This document shows, piece after piece, positions 34,963 to 44,870 of a DNA stretch of 64,000 bases (the stretch's first letter is position 1; the number at the start of each line of letters is the position of its first letter). This stretch comes from an uncultured bacterium (GTDB lineage Bacteria; Patescibacteriota; Minisyncoccia; UBA6257; GWB1-50-10). The stretch covers positions 313,808-377,807 of the forward strand of contig CAVRNT010000001.1 of the NCBI GenBank assembly GCA_963722655.1. The letters are read 5' to 3'. A program made the translations under genes and the position numbers. The notes below the pieces were generated by a model. The model saw only the letters and a program-made list of their open reading frames with translations, did no database searches and had not been told where the DNA came from.

Positions 34963-35231
34963 AACGGTTGTACAAACGCAGGGAAGGAAGGAGTGAAAGT
35001 ACTGTGATTCATGCCGTATTGTCGAAAGAGAGAATTTCAAACGGTCAGTCGGTGACGACTGCGTGCGGCGAGCGCATTAAATCCGCGATCACGGAGAAGC
35101 CGACGAAGGATCTTGGTCCTTTGCAGCAAATGCGAGAGTCATGTGCTGGGAGGAAGTAGCCCGGATAGCGGTAAATTCTATCTCGTCAAAGATGAGGAAC
35201 AAATACCGACAGCAACTATCCCAGCGTAAAT

Positions 35232-35298
35232 TCTTGCTGACGCCGTTTCGGTAACAACCCTTAAGCGCACGCCCTTCAATTGAAGGAAACGGCGTTTT
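35232..35298 (+). terminator. long bipartite hairpin plus T-tract (terminator or sRNA 3' end)
   Basis: GACGCCGTTTC...GAAACGGCGT outer stem encloses the palindrome CCTTCAATTGAAGG. TTTTTTATTT follows. Confidence 0.5.
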
Positions 35299-35446
35299 TT
35301 ATTTGCCCTGAGCCGCGTCGAAGGGTTTACCTTGAAGTGGTATAATCCAAACGAGCAGGGGAAATCCAGCGCCGTTGACACGAACCGCCCAAAGGGGGAG
35401 TTATTGTCGGAGTTAGAATCTTAGCAAGACTTGCCAAGCCGTCTAA

Positions 35447-35488
35447 TTAGCGCTTGACACCCAAGAGTGCTAATCTATAATTAGCACT
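35447..35488 (+). promoter_or_regulatory. CIRCE operator (HrcA binding site) overlapping the hrcA promoter
   Basis: TTAGCGCTT-N9-GAGTGCTAA against consensus TTAGCACTC-N9-GAGTGCTAA. A third half-site TTAGCACT lies 7 nt downstream. -35 TTGACA sits inside the left arm, and -10 TATAAT sits between the right arm and the third half-site. The ATG follows 9 nt after the -10. Confidence 0.8.
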
Positions 35489-35490
35489 AA

Positions 35491-36174
35491 ATGTTAGGTA
35501 CTCGCACAAGGACGATATTAAAAGCGGCCGTTGAGGACTATATAGAGACCGGTAAACCCCTAACCTCCGAAGGCCTATATGAGGCCCACAATTTCGGCAT
35601 CAAGCCCGCCATGATACGGTGGGAGCTGAACGAACTCAACAAAACCGGCTACCTTTCGCAGAAGCACCCCTCCGGCGGCCGCGTCCCGACGGATAAGGCC
35701 TACAAGTTCCTCATCGAGTCCCTGGAAGGAGAGATCAAGAAGGCCAAGCGGCAGGAGAGGCCGGCTTTTGCCGGCGACATCGCCTCCGGCCATCTTTCCG
35801 ATTTCGTCTCAGCCCTCGCCGGCGAGCTCAATCTTTTGAGCGTCGGCTACGAGGCCGAGCGGGCCGCCTTTTATGAGAGTGGCCTGGACGAGCTTTTGGG
35901 AAATTTGGAAGACACGACCAAAGAAGAAATCGTCTCCATCGTCCGCGATTTCGAGAATCTGCCGGCCCGCCTCGCGGGACTTTCCGGCGAGTGGGAGACG
36001 GAGGAAATGTGGCCGCGGGTCTTCATCGGCCGGAACCCGCTCATCCGGAGCGAGCACGTCGCGATGATCGCGAGCTGCTTCGCCCGGGACGGGGACAAAT
36101 TCTTCGTCCTCGCGGTCGGTCCGAAGAGGATGGACTACGAGAAGTCGCTTAGGATGTTCAAATCTTTAGAATAA
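35491..36174 (+). CDS. hrcA: heat-inducible transcription repressor HrcA (short, 227 aa)
   Basis: N-terminal wHTH RTRTILKAAVEDYIETGKPLTSEGL. It is the first gene of the grpE-dnaK-dnaJ operon and sits behind CIRCE. Confidence 0.8.
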   Translation: MLGTRTRTILKAAVEDYIETGKPLTSEGLYEAHNFGIKPAMIRWELNELNKTGYLSQKHPSGGRVPTDKAYKFLIESLEGEIKKAKRQERPAFAGDIASGHLSDFVSALAGELNLLSVGYEAERAAFYESGLDELLGNLEDTTKEEIVSIVRDFENLPARLAGLSGEWETEEMWPRVFIGRNPLIRSEHVAMIASCFARDGDKFFVLAVGPKRMDYEKSLRMFKSLE

Positions 36175-36176
36175 TT

Positions 36177-36671
36177 ATGGCGGATGAAATAAAAAAAGAA
36201 GAAGAGCAAAAGACGCAGCCGGAAACGGAGATGGAGAAGCTCCAAAAGGAACGCGACGAGTACTTGGATGGTTGGAAACGGGCCAAGGCGGACTTCATCA
36301 ACTACAAGAAGGACGAGGCGGCGCGGCTGGAGCAATTCGTTAAGTTCAGCAACGAGTCGCTCATCTCGGAACTCGTCGTCGTCCTGGACAGTTTTGACCT
36401 GAGCTTGGCGGTCCTCGGAAAGGATGCGGACGCGGTCAAAGGCGTCACTTTGATCAAGAGCCAGTTGGAAGACCTGCTTCGCAAATACGGCCTGGAGCGC
36501 ATAAATTTGAAGGTCGGGGACGCCTATGATCCCGTGAAGGCCGAAGCGGTCGGGGAGGTGGAATCCCAAGCCCCACCCGGAACGATCGGGGAAGTTGTGA
36601 GCGCCGGATACGCGCTCCACGGCAGGACGGTGAGACCGGCAAGGGTTAAATTGGTAAAATTAGTTAATTAG
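36177..36671 (+). CDS. grpE: nucleotide exchange factor GrpE
   Basis: Coiled-coil N-terminus plus a C-terminal beta domain (YDPVKAEAVGEV...GTIGEVVSAGYALHGRTVRPARV). Confidence 0.9.
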   Translation: MADEIKKEEEQKTQPETEMEKLQKERDEYLDGWKRAKADFINYKKDEAARLEQFVKFSNESLISELVVVLDSFDLSLAVLGKDADAVKGVTLIKSQLEDLLRKYGLERINLKVGDAYDPVKAEAVGEVESQAPPGTIGEVVSAGYALHGRTVRPARVKLVKLVN

Positions 36672-36689
36672 AAAAAAATAAACAAACAT

Positions 36690-38534
36690 ATGGCAAAAAT
36701 ATTAGGAATTGACTTGGGTACAACGAACTCGGCGGTGGCCGTGATGGAAGGCGGCGAACCGAAGGTCCTCGAAAACAGCGAAGGAGCCCGCACAACCCCC
36801 TCGATCATCGCGCTTTCCAAATCGGGCGAGCGCCTCGCGGGTCTCCTCGCGAAGCGTCAGGCGGTCGTAAACCCTGCTAACACCATCTATTCGGTCAAGC
36901 GCCTGATCGGCCGCAAGTGGGGCGACCCGGAGGTCCAGCGCGACAAGAAGTGGCTGCCCTACGAGATCAAAGAGAGCGAGACGGGCGGAGTGGATATCAA
37001 GATGGGCGATCGTTGGTACAAGCCGGAGGAGATCTCGGCGATGGTCCTCCAAAAATTGAAGGCCGACGCGGAGGCGAAACTGGGGGAAACGATCACCGAG
37101 GCCGTCATCACGGTCCCAGCCTACTTCGACGACAGTCAAAGGCAGGCGACCAAGAACGCCGGCGAGATCGCCGGTTTCACCGTGAAGCGCATATTGAACG
37201 AGCCAACGGCGGCCGCTTTGGCCTACGGCATGAACAAACAAAAGAACGAGAAGATCTGCGTCTACGACTTCGGAGGCGGGACCTTCGACATCTCCATCTT
37301 GGAGGTCGGGGACGACACCGTGGAGGTCAAGGCGACGGGCGGCGACACGCACCTCGGCGGAGACGACTTTGACCGGACGATTATCGAGTACCTCGTCGCG
37401 GAGTACAAGAAGCAGGAAGGCATAGACATTTCCAAAGACACGCTCGCGCTCCAGCGCCTCAAAGAGGCGGCCGAGCGGGCGAAGCACGAACTCTCGTCCG
37501 CGACCGAAACCGAGATCAATTTGCCGTACATTACATCTGACGCCGCCGGCCCGAAGCATTTCCTGATGAAGCTCACGCGGGCGAAGTTGGAATCGCTCGT
37601 CCAGGAATACATTGATCACTCCATCGACCTTGTGAAGACCGCCGTCACGGCGGCGGCCCCCAAGGGTGCAGGACTGAAGCTTAGTGACATCAACGAGGTT
37701 CTCCTCGTCGGCGGCCAGACGAGGATGCCGGCCATCCAGGAAGCGGTGAAGAAACTTTTCGGCAAGGAGCCGCATCAAGGCATCAACCCGGACGAGGTGG
37801 TCGCGGTGGGCGCCGCCATCCAGGCCGGAGTGCTTCAGGGCGACGTCAAGGACATCTTGCTATTGGACGTGACGCCGCTCACGCTCTCCATCGAAACCCT
37901 CGGAGGGGTCGCGACGCCGATGATCCAAAAGAACACCACCGTGCCGACGGCCAAGACCCAGGTCTTCTCGACGGCCGCCGACAGCCAGTCCTCCGTCGAG
38001 ATCCACGTCGGCCAGGGGGAGCGGACACTCATGCAAGACAACAAGACATTGGCGCGCTTCATCTTGGACGGCATTCCGCCCGCGCCGCGGGGGATGCCGC
38101 AGATCGAGGTGACCTTCGACATCGACGCGAACGGCATCTTGACCGTGAAAGCCAAAGACAAAGGGACGGGCAAGGAGCAGTCGGTGAAGATCGAGGCCTC
38201 GACAGCCTTGAGCAAGGACGAGATCGAGCGCCTCAAGAAGGAGGCGGCCGAGCACGCCGAAGAGGACAAGCAGAAGCGCGAAGCGATCGACGTCAAAAAT
38301 GGTGCCGAGTCCTTGGTCTACGTCGCCGAGAAGGCCTTGAAGGACGGCGGCGAGAAGGTGCCGGCGGAGGTCAAGACCGACGTTGAGCAAAAGATCGCGC
38401 GTCTCAAGGAGGTGAAGGACAAGGACAACCTCGGAGCGATCAAGACCGCGACCGAGGAACTTTCAACCGCGCTTCAAAAGATCGGTGAGGCCGTCTATAA
38501 TAAAAAGGACGATGCCAGCCCTGCAGGTAATTAG
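36690..38534 (+). CDS. dnaK: molecular chaperone DnaK
   Basis: [15 protein letters not shown]..., DLGGGTFD, and the other Hsp70 signatures over 614 aa. Confidence 0.97.
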   Translation: MAKILGIDLGTTNSAVAVMEGGEPKVLENSEGARTTPSIIALSKSGERLAGLLAKRQAVVNPANTIYSVKRLIGRKWGDPEVQRDKKWLPYEIKESETGGVDIKMGDRWYKPEEISAMVLQKLKADAEAKLGETITEAVITVPAYFDDSQRQATKNAGEIAGFTVKRILNEPTAAALAYGMNKQKNEKICVYDFGGGTFDISILEVGDDTVEVKATGGDTHLGGDDFDRTIIEYLVAEYKKQEGIDISKDTLALQRLKEAAERAKHELSSATETEINLPYITSDAAGPKHFLMKLTRAKLESLVQEYIDHSIDLVKTAVTAAAPKGAGLKLSDINEVLLVGGQTRMPAIQEAVKKLFGKEPHQGINPDEVVAVGAAIQAGVLQGDVKDILLLDVTPLTLSIETLGGVATPMIQKNTTVPTAKTQVFSTAADSQSSVEIHVGQGERTLMQDNKTLARFILDGIPPAPRGMPQIEVTFDIDANGILTVKAKDKGTGKEQSVKIEASTALSKDEIERLKKEAAEHAEEDKQKREAIDVKNGAESLVYVAEKALKDGGEKVPAEVKTDVEQKIARLKEVKDKDNLGAIKTATEELSTALQKIGEAVYNKKDDASPAGN

Positions 38535-39555
38535 CGAATCTCAGGAACCGGAAGCGGACCTCAAGATCTGGAAAGTGCTCCTTTGGGGAGCGCTCTCCAT
38601 CGGGGCCGGTTTCATTTTCGTAGCGAGCTTCGAGCGGTGGCTCCTTAGCTTCAACAGCTTCTACTTCTGGAGCCTGGTCGTGAGCGCCATCGTCTTTTGG
38701 TCGTTCGCGACGCTCCAGGTCTTCTTCGTGAAAGGTTTGGGCAAGCTCGCTTTGATAACGTTTTTGGAGTGCGTCGCGCCCCTCGGGCTCTTTTTCGCGC
38801 GCGTCTATCCCGCGCCGTCCTACGTTCTTTTGGGCGGGGCCGCGGCGGCCTTCCTCCTGGCCTTCTTGGCTATCCGGCGCGGCCGGTCTTTCGCGGGGAA
38901 CAGCGTTGAACTCCGCTTCGTCGACGTGGCTAAGGTCTTTTTGCCGCGCTTTGTGGCGGCCTGGCTGATATTTTTGAGCGTCCTCTTTTATTTGAGCTAT
39001 TTTACCTGGGGTTACTTTTCGCCGAACCTCAAGACCGCCTTTTTGGACAACACCATCTCCGCCGCCGCGCCGGTCCTCAAGATCTGGATCCCGGGCTTTT
39101 CGCTCGACGCTTCGGTCCACGACTTCCTCCAAACCCTCGCCCTCTCCGAACTCTCGGCCGGAAAGTACAATCCGATCGGCGTAAGCGACCAGAACTTCAC
39201 CGTCTACTTCTCCCAGCTTTCCAAGGCCCAGCAGACGGAGCTCTTGGATGCGGCGACCAAGCAATTGGAACAAACCGCCACCGCCCGTTTCGGCACCTTC
39301 GACCCCAACGAATCGATGCTCCAGTTCACCGATAACCTCGTGACCGTCTATTTCGCGAACTTCATCGACCGGACGGGCTGGCTCACGCCGGTCCTCATCG
39401 CGGCGGCCGTCTTCTTTATCTTCAAAGGGATCGTCGCGCTCTTCTACTGGCTGATCGCCTTGGTGGCCTTCATCCTCTTCAAGCTTCTCATCGTGCTGGG
39501 CTTCGCGAGGACGAGCATCGAATCGCGGAGCCGCGAGTTCGTATTGCTAGGGTAG
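38512..39555 (+). CDS. polytopic membrane protein of unknown function embedded in the dnaK operon
   Basis: The ATG overlaps the dnaK 3' end by 23 nt. About 8 hydrophobic segments. dnaJ starts 14 nt after its stop. Confidence 0.55.
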   Translation: MPALQVISESQEPEADLKIWKVLLWGALSIGAGFIFVASFERWLLSFNSFYFWSLVVSAIVFWSFATLQVFFVKGLGKLALITFLECVAPLGLFFARVYPAPSYVLLGGAAAAFLLAFLAIRRGRSFAGNSVELRFVDVAKVFLPRFVAAWLIFLSVLFYLSYFTWGYFSPNLKTAFLDNTISAAAPVLKIWIPGFSLDASVHDFLQTLALSELSAGKYNPIGVSDQNFTVYFSQLSKAQQTELLDAATKQLEQTATARFGTFDPNESMLQFTDNLVTVYFANFIDRTGWLTPVLIAAAVFFIFKGIVALFYWLIALVAFILFKLLIVLGFARTSIESRSREFVLLG

Positions 39556-39568
39556 TTGGGAATATCCC

Positions 39569-40681
39569 ATGAACAAGGATTATTACAGCGTCCTCGGGGT
39601 CGAGAAGACCGCCTCGGAGGATGAGATCAAAAAGGCCTTTCGCAAGCTCGCTCACCAGTACCATCCGGACAAGTCCGGCGGCGACGATAAGAAGTTTAAG
39701 GAGATCAACGAGGCCTATCAGGTCCTTTCGAACAAAGAGAAGCGGGCGCAGTACGACCGCTTCGGCCAAGCGTTTTCCGCCGGAGGCGGACCCGCCTATG
39801 GCGGGGAAGGCTTCCCGGGCGGTTTTGATTTTGGAAATTTTCCGGGCGGTTTCCCGGGCGGGATGAATTGGGAAACCGGCGGCGCCCAGGATTTCAGCGA
39901 CATCTTCGAGAGCTTTTTCGAACAGTTCGGCGGCGGACGGCGGAAGACCTATGCTCAAGGGAACGACATCGAGGTCATCCAGGAAATAACGCTCGAAGAA
40001 GTCCTCTCCGGCGTTTCGCGGCACCTCGGGCTCAAAACCTACGTGCCGTGCAACGTTTGCCACGGTCTGGGGTACGATAAAAAGCAGGGCGTTTCGCAAT
40101 GCGCTACCTGCCGCGGCCGCGGCGAGATCAAGGTGGAGCGCCGCACCTTCTTTGGCAACTTCGCCCAAGTGAAGGCCTGCCCGGAATGCGGCGGGAGCGG
40201 CGAGGTGCCCAAAGCGCCTTGCCCCGAGTGCAAAGGCAAGGGGCGCGTCATCGGCCGTAAGGAGATAACGGTCCAGATCGCGCCGGGCATCGAAGACGGG
40301 CAGATCATCAAGATCGCGGGTGCGGGCGAAGCGGGCGAGAAGAGCGGCGGGAGTGGCGACCTCTACGTCGTCGTGCGGGTGAAACCCCACCCAGTCTTCA
40401 AACGCCAAAAGGCGGACCTTTATGCGACGGCGGGCGTGAACATCTTGGACGCGCTCATCGGGAAGGAGATCGTGATCGAGGGACTCGGAGGCGAGAAGCT
40501 CCGGGTGGAGATACCGCGCGGCTTCGCGCTCCAAGAGAAAATAAGGGTCCCCGGCAAGGGACTGCCGCACTTCGGCGGCGGCGCCCGGGGGGACGTTTAC
40601 GTAACGCTTGACGTGCGCTTGCCGAAGCATCTCTCGGAAAAGGCGAAAAAATTGCTCAAGGACTTGGAGGGGGAGATATGA
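39569..40681 (+). CDS. dnaJ: molecular chaperone DnaJ
   Basis: J-domain with HPD (YHPDKS), a G/F region, and four CxxCxGxG zinc-finger repeats. Confidence 0.93.
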   Translation: MNKDYYSVLGVEKTASEDEIKKAFRKLAHQYHPDKSGGDDKKFKEINEAYQVLSNKEKRAQYDRFGQAFSAGGGPAYGGEGFPGGFDFGNFPGGFPGGMNWETGGAQDFSDIFESFFEQFGGGRRKTYAQGNDIEVIQEITLEEVLSGVSRHLGLKTYVPCNVCHGLGYDKKQGVSQCATCRGRGEIKVERRTFFGNFAQVKACPECGGSGEVPKAPCPECKGKGRVIGRKEITVQIAPGIEDGQIIKIAGAGEAGEKSGGSGDLYVVVRVKPHPVFKRQKADLYATAGVNILDALIGKEIVIEGLGGEKLRVEIPRGFALQEKIRVPGKGLPHFGGGARGDVYVTLDVRLPKHLSEKAKKLLKDLEGEI

Positions 40682-42021
40682 AGCAATTGGGTTTTGAGAA
40701 CATAGAGGAAAAAGCGGCCGCGGTGCCGAAGCCGAGGGCCAAGCGCAAGAAACAGATAGCGACGGATAATAAGCGGATATTAACGGATATTGGACGGATA
40801 GGAACAGATAGCACGGATAAAAAGAAGATCTGGAAGGTCGGAGAGTTCCTGGACTACTGGAACGAGGTCTTCAAGGCGCAAACCTTTACGGTCGAGGGGG
40901 AGGTGAGCGGTCTCCACGACCATCCGACCGGGCTTTATTTCTCTTTGAAGGACAAGGAGGACGGCGGCGTCTTGGATTGCTACATGAACCCGTACCTTTA
41001 CCGCCGCCTCGGCTTCACCTTGGAGGACGGCCTTTTGGTCCAAGCGACCGGCGCCGCCAACATCTACAAGCAAAAGGGGCGCTTCAGTTTCCGCGTCGAG
41101 ACCGTCACCTTGAGCGGCGAGGGCTCCTTGAAGCGCGCCTATGAGCTTTTAAAGAAAAAATTGGAGGCGGAGGGACTTTTCGCCCGCAAGCGGCCACTCC
41201 CGGAGTTCATTGGACGGGTGGGCGTCGTCACTTCGCGGACGGGCGCGGTCATCGACGATTTTAGGAAGAATCTCAAACCTCTCGGCCTCAAGCTATTCTT
41301 CAAGGACGTACGGGTCGAGGGCGCGGCCGCGGCGGACCAGATCGTCGAAGCCATATCGCTTTTGAACCGGACGGTGCCGGAACTGGATGTCATCGTGCTC
41401 ATCCGCGGCGGCGGGAGCTTGGAAGACCTGCAACCTTTCAACAACGAGAACGTCGCCCGGGCCATCTTCGCCTCGGCCGTGCCCGTGATCGCGGGGATAG
41501 GCCACGACCGCGACGTGCCGATCGCATCGCTTGCCGCCGACCGCGAGACCTCCACGCCATCGATCGCCGCCTTGGTCATCAACTCATCTTGGGACCGGGC
41601 CTTCGCCCGTTTGCCCATCGCCGAGCGGACGCTCGTCGCCGATTTTGACGGTTTGTTAGTTGGCCTTCGGTCTACGATAGCGCTCTCGGCCGAAAAGATC
41701 GTCGGCCGCCTCAGCAGCATCATCACGCGGTACCGGGCGATGGCGTGGACGCTCAACGAAAAGTTCTCCCTCGCGCTCGACGAGGCCGTGAAGCGGGTGA
41801 CGGTCATCGAGAAAAGCTTGGCGCTCGTGAACCCCGAGCGGAACCTCCGTTTGGGATACAGTTTGGTCTTCAACGAAAACGGCCGGGTCGTTCGCGACGC
41901 CGGGGACCTCAAAGAAGGAGAGACCATTCGGACGCGGATGCACCGGGGAGAGGTGGAGAGCCGGGTCGCAAAAATACTCAAAACGTGGGAAAATAGGGAA
42001 AATGGAAAAGCCAAAGAATAA
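40678..42021 (+). CDS. xseA: exodeoxyribonuclease VII large subunit
   Basis: OB-fold N-terminus, then VGVVTSRTGAVIDDF...IRGGGSLEDLQPFN...IGHDRD. Confidence 0.85.
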   Translation: MKQLGFENIEEKAAAVPKPRAKRKKQIATDNKRILTDIGRIGTDSTDKKKIWKVGEFLDYWNEVFKAQTFTVEGEVSGLHDHPTGLYFSLKDKEDGGVLDCYMNPYLYRRLGFTLEDGLLVQATGAANIYKQKGRFSFRVETVTLSGEGSLKRAYELLKKKLEAEGLFARKRPLPEFIGRVGVVTSRTGAVIDDFRKNLKPLGLKLFFKDVRVEGAAAADQIVEAISLLNRTVPELDVIVLIRGGGSLEDLQPFNNENVARAIFASAVPVIAGIGHDRDVPIASLAADRETSTPSIAALVINSSWDRAFARLPIAERTLVADFDGLLVGLRSTIALSAEKIVGRLSSIITRYRAMAWTLNEKFSLALDEAVKRVTVIEKSLALVNPERNLRLGYSLVFNENGRVVRDAGDLKEGETIRTRMHRGEVESRVAKILKTWENRENGKAKE

Positions 42022-42223
42022 AAAGGAAAAGGGGAAAATCTCGGCCGAGCTCGGCCGGCTCGAAGCCATCGTCCAATGGTTCGAAGGTCAAGAGGCGGTG
42101 GACATGGAGGAAGGCCTCACGAAGGTGCGGGAAGGCGCCGCTTTGATCAAGGACCTCAAGGCCCGGCTCAAGTCCGTTCAGAATGATTTTCAGGAGATTA
42201 AGAAGGACCTGACGGAAGAATGA
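42002..42223 (+). CDS. xseB: exodeoxyribonuclease VII small subunit
   Basis: 73-aa helical protein: LEAIVQWFEGQEAVDMEEGLTKVREGAALIKDLKARL. Confidence 0.85.
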   Translation: MEKPKNKKEKGKISAELGRLEAIVQWFEGQEAVDMEEGLTKVREGAALIKDLKARLKSVQNDFQEIKKDLTEE

Positions 42224-42576
42224 TGGAAGAGAATATTGTCAGTTTCGATGATTTCAAGAAGCTCGACCTGCGCGTCGGGCGCGTGACGCTCGCCGAGCGC
42301 GTGCCGGGTTCCGAGAAGCTCCTGCGCTTGGAGGTGGAAATGGGCAGCGACCCTTCGACTGGCTCGGGGCAGGGAAAACGGCAGATTATCGCCGGCATCG
42401 GTACGGTCTATGAGCCTGGTTCCCTCATCGGCCGGGAGATCGTGGTTGTGGCTAACCTCGCTCCGCGGAAGCTTTTGGGTTTGGAAAGCCAAGGGATGCT
42501 CCTTGCGGCCTCGGACGAAGGCCCGGCACTCCTCACGCCCGACAGGACGGTGCCGCCAGGAAGCAAGATATCGTAG
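42220..42576 (+). CDS. tRNA-binding domain protein (CsaA / MetRS C-terminal EMAP-like)
   Basis: FKKLDLRVGRVTLAERVPGSEKLLRLEVEMG...IIAGIGTVYEP..LIGREIVVVANLAPRKLLGLESQGMLLAA. Confidence 0.75.
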   Translation: MMEENIVSFDDFKKLDLRVGRVTLAERVPGSEKLLRLEVEMGSDPSTGSGQGKRQIIAGIGTVYEPGSLIGREIVVVANLAPRKLLGLESQGMLLAASDEGPALLTPDRTVPPGSKIS

Positions 42577-43437
42577 ATGTCTCCCAAAATAGGCGCTCAC
42601 GTTTCGTCTGCCGGCGGTCTCCATAAGGCCTTCGAAAGGGCAGAGGCGATAGGTGCCAACTGCATCCAGGTCTTCGGCTCCACGCCGCGCTCTTTTCGAG
42701 TTCTCTTCCCGAACCGGTCCGAAGTCGAGCTTTTCAAAAAGATGCGCAAGGAAAGTGGCATCGGCCCGGTCTATCTCCATGCGCCGTATCTCATCAATCT
42801 CGTGACGCCCGAGAGCGGCTTGCTCAAAAGATCCATTGGGCTGCTCGCCGCTCATTTCAAGATCGCCGAAATGATCGGCGCGGAGGGGATCATCTTCCAC
42901 ATCGGTTCCACGCTCGGAAAACTTTCTGCGTTAGAGGCCGAGCGCCAGGTGGCCGCGGCGATGAGAACTATTTTGAAAAAAATCCCCGGCAAGAGTCGCC
43001 TCGTCATCGAGAACGCCTCCGGCGGGGGAGGGAAGGTCGGAGTGACGCCGGAGGAGATCGGTCGGATAATGAAGCTCATCGGTTCGCCGCGCGTGAAGGT
43101 CTGCGTGGACACGGCCCACGCCTTCGAGGCGGGGCTCATCGAGAGATACGCTCCGGCGGAGATCGAGAGATTCACGAAGGAATGGTCTCGGACCGTGGGG
43201 ATGGCGAACGTCGTCGCGATCCATGCGAACGATTCCAAAACTCCTTTCAACTCCAAGAGCGACCGGCATGAGAACATCGGCGCGGGCCACATCGGCCTTC
43301 AGGGCTTCAAGGCGCTCGCTAGAGAAAAAGCGTGGCGCGACGAACCCTGGTTCCTCGAAGTGCCGGGTTTCAAGGGCGAGGGAGTGGACAAGAAGAATGT
43401 GGATATCTTGAAAAGATGTTTTGATGGTCTAAAATGA
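42577..43437 (+). CDS. nfo: endonuclease IV (AP endonuclease)
   Basis: IGAHVSSAGGL...CIQVFGSTPRSF...HAPYLINL...VIENASGGG...CVDTAHAFEAG. Confidence 0.9.
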   Translation: MSPKIGAHVSSAGGLHKAFERAEAIGANCIQVFGSTPRSFRVLFPNRSEVELFKKMRKESGIGPVYLHAPYLINLVTPESGLLKRSIGLLAAHFKIAEMIGAEGIIFHIGSTLGKLSALEAERQVAAAMRTILKKIPGKSRLVIENASGGGGKVGVTPEEIGRIMKLIGSPRVKVCVDTAHAFEAGLIERYAPAEIERFTKEWSRTVGMANVVAIHANDSKTPFNSKSDRHENIGAGHIGLQGFKALAREKAWRDEPWFLEVPGFKGEGVDKKNVDILKRCFDGLK

Positions 43438-43742
43438 CCCCGATGAGCAAGACCTCCATCGTCATCTTCAGCATTTTGGAAAAGGTACTCCTTTTCGTGG
43501 AATGGATCTTGGCCATTCGATTCACCTTGCGGATCTTGGGGGCGAGCGAAGTGGCTTGGATCGTTCGGGTCTTCTATGACGTGAGCTATTTCCTCATCGC
43601 CCCCTTCCAGGGGATCTTCCCGGATTGGAAGATCGGGGCCGGGATGGTCGTGGACTTCGTGACCGTTTCGGCCATCGTCGCCTACGCTATCGTCTATTTC
43701 GTCATCCACAACGTCTACTTCCACCAAAAGAAGGGGAAGTGA
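43434..43742 (+). CDS. YggT-family small membrane protein
   Basis: 102 aa with two TM in a YGGT-like layout. Confidence 0.6.
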   Translation: MTPMSKTSIVIFSILEKVLLFVEWILAIRFTLRILGASEVAWIVRVFYDVSYFLIAPFQGIFPDWKIGAGMVVDFVTVSAIVAYAIVYFVIHNVYFHQKKGK

Positions 43743-43752
43743 TAGGTATTTG

Positions 43753-43836
43753 TGCCCGGGGCGGGGGTCGAACCCGCATGACCTTGCGATCACAGGATTT
43801 TGAGTCCTGTGCGTCTGCCAATTCCGCCACCCGGGC
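43753..43836 (-). tRNA. tRNA-Leu (anticodon CAA)
   Basis: The reverse complement GCCCGGGTGGCGGAATTGGCAGACGCACAGGACTCAAAATCCTGT-GATCGCAAGGTCATGC-GGGTTCGACCCCCGCCCCGGGCA folds as a cloverleaf with a long variable arm. It is near-identical in the D-arm to E. coli tRNA-Leu. Anticodon loop is CUCAAAA. Confidence 0.88.
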
Positions 43837-43882
43837 GGATTTTTGTTGAGAATAACACGAAAAAAAGGTATAGTAAACATGG

Positions 43883-44683
43883 ATGGCCCGCATCATATCG
43901 GTCTGCAACCAAAAAGGGGGGGTTGGGAAGACGACCACCTCCATCAATTTGGCCTCTTATCTCGCGATGCTCGGGAAGAAGGTCCTCCTCGTGGACTTCG
44001 ACCCGCAATACAACGCGACGGTTTGCCTCGGCGTTCGGCACGAGGCGGACGAGACGATTTATCACGCGCTCCTCGCGGGCCTCGCGCCCGAGAAGGCGAT
44101 CAAGAACACCTACCTCGCAAATTTGGAGATGGTGCCGGCTTCGCCCGACCTCGCGGGCGCTTTGGTGGAGCTCGTGGAACTGCCGGAGCGGGAATGGTAC
44201 CTCAAGAACTTCTTGGAGAAAGTCCGCGGCTGGTACGACTTCATCTTCATCGATCTTGGACCGAGCTTGAACCTCCTCACGGTGAACGGCCTCGCCGCCT
44301 CAGACGAAGTGCTCGTTCCCATCCAGTGCGAATACTTGAGCTTGGAGGGACTCAGTCAACTTCTCCAGACGATGGACCTCATCAAGAACAATTTGGGCCA
44401 CGACATCAAGTCGGTCTCCGCGCTCCTTACGATGTACGACAAGCGCGAGAAGCTTTCCCGCGAGATCGCCCGCGAGGTGCGCCGCCGTTTTCCATACAAG
44501 GTCTTCGAAGCAGAAATCCCGCGCTCGGTCGCCCTCGCCGAGGCCCCCAGTTTCCAGAAACCGATAATGCTCTATGCCCCCCAGAGCCCCGGCGCCCTGG
44601 CCTACGAGAATCTAGCCAGGGAAATAATTGGCGGACCGATTTCCCCAAGTTATCCGACGGGGGCTTTTGACGCGCTACCCTAG
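43883..44683 (+). CDS. parA: chromosome-partitioning ATPase ParA/Soj
   Basis: IISVCNQKGGVGKTTTSINLA is the deviant Walker A. Promoter TTGAGA-17-TATAGT lies upstream. Confidence 0.9.
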   Translation: MARIISVCNQKGGVGKTTTSINLASYLAMLGKKVLLVDFDPQYNATVCLGVRHEADETIYHALLAGLAPEKAIKNTYLANLEMVPASPDLAGALVELVELPEREWYLKNFLEKVRGWYDFIFIDLGPSLNLLTVNGLAASDEVLVPIQCEYLSLEGLSQLLQTMDLIKNNLGHDIKSVSALLTMYDKREKLSREIAREVRRRFPYKVFEAEIPRSVALAEAPSFQKPIMLYAPQSPGALAYENLAREIIGGPISPSYPTGAFDALP

Positions 44684-44694
44684 GATGCTATAAT
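44667..44694 (+). promoter_or_regulatory. strong orphan promoter TTGACG-16-TGcTATAAT in the parA 3' end
   Basis: Consensus-like -35 plus an extended -10. No ORF starts within ~350 nt downstream. Confidence 0.6.
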
Positions 44695-44699
44695 CCAAA

Positions 44700-44870
44700 A
44701 CGGTTCCTGTTGAGCCGAGGTGCGTCGATCTTTCGCGGTATACACTGCAGTTACATCACGGAGGGGCGGCGTATCTTGATGAGACAGCGAGCTACACAGC
44801 AGCTGTGTTTCTAAAGCAGAGGTAGGCGAGACCGACTGCTTGCGCCTTAAGTACTTCATACTTCGAGTTG
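44700..44870 (+). ncRNA. candidate structured non-coding transcript in the parA-parB gap
   Basis: Non-coding GC-rich segment directly downstream of the orphan promoter. It contains several local hairpins (for example ACACAG-CAG-CTGTGT). AT-rich sequence and a hairpin (ACTTCGAG...CTCGAAGT) follow. Identity unknown. Confidence 0.3.

Noticed and set aside
34968-35159. 63-aa ORF (or 52-aa GTG-start version behind a GGAAGGAAGGAG SD) upstream of hrcA
   Set aside because: There is no conservation evidence and the coding bias is weak. It is kept only as a possibility within the structured-RNA finding.
36702-37778. 358-aa minus-strand ORF inside dnaK
   Set aside because: Shadow ORF; dnaK is unambiguous.
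39488-40630. 380-aa minus-strand ORF inside dnaJ
   Set aside because: Shadow ORF; the plus strand encodes a textbook DnaJ with four CxxCxGxG repeats.
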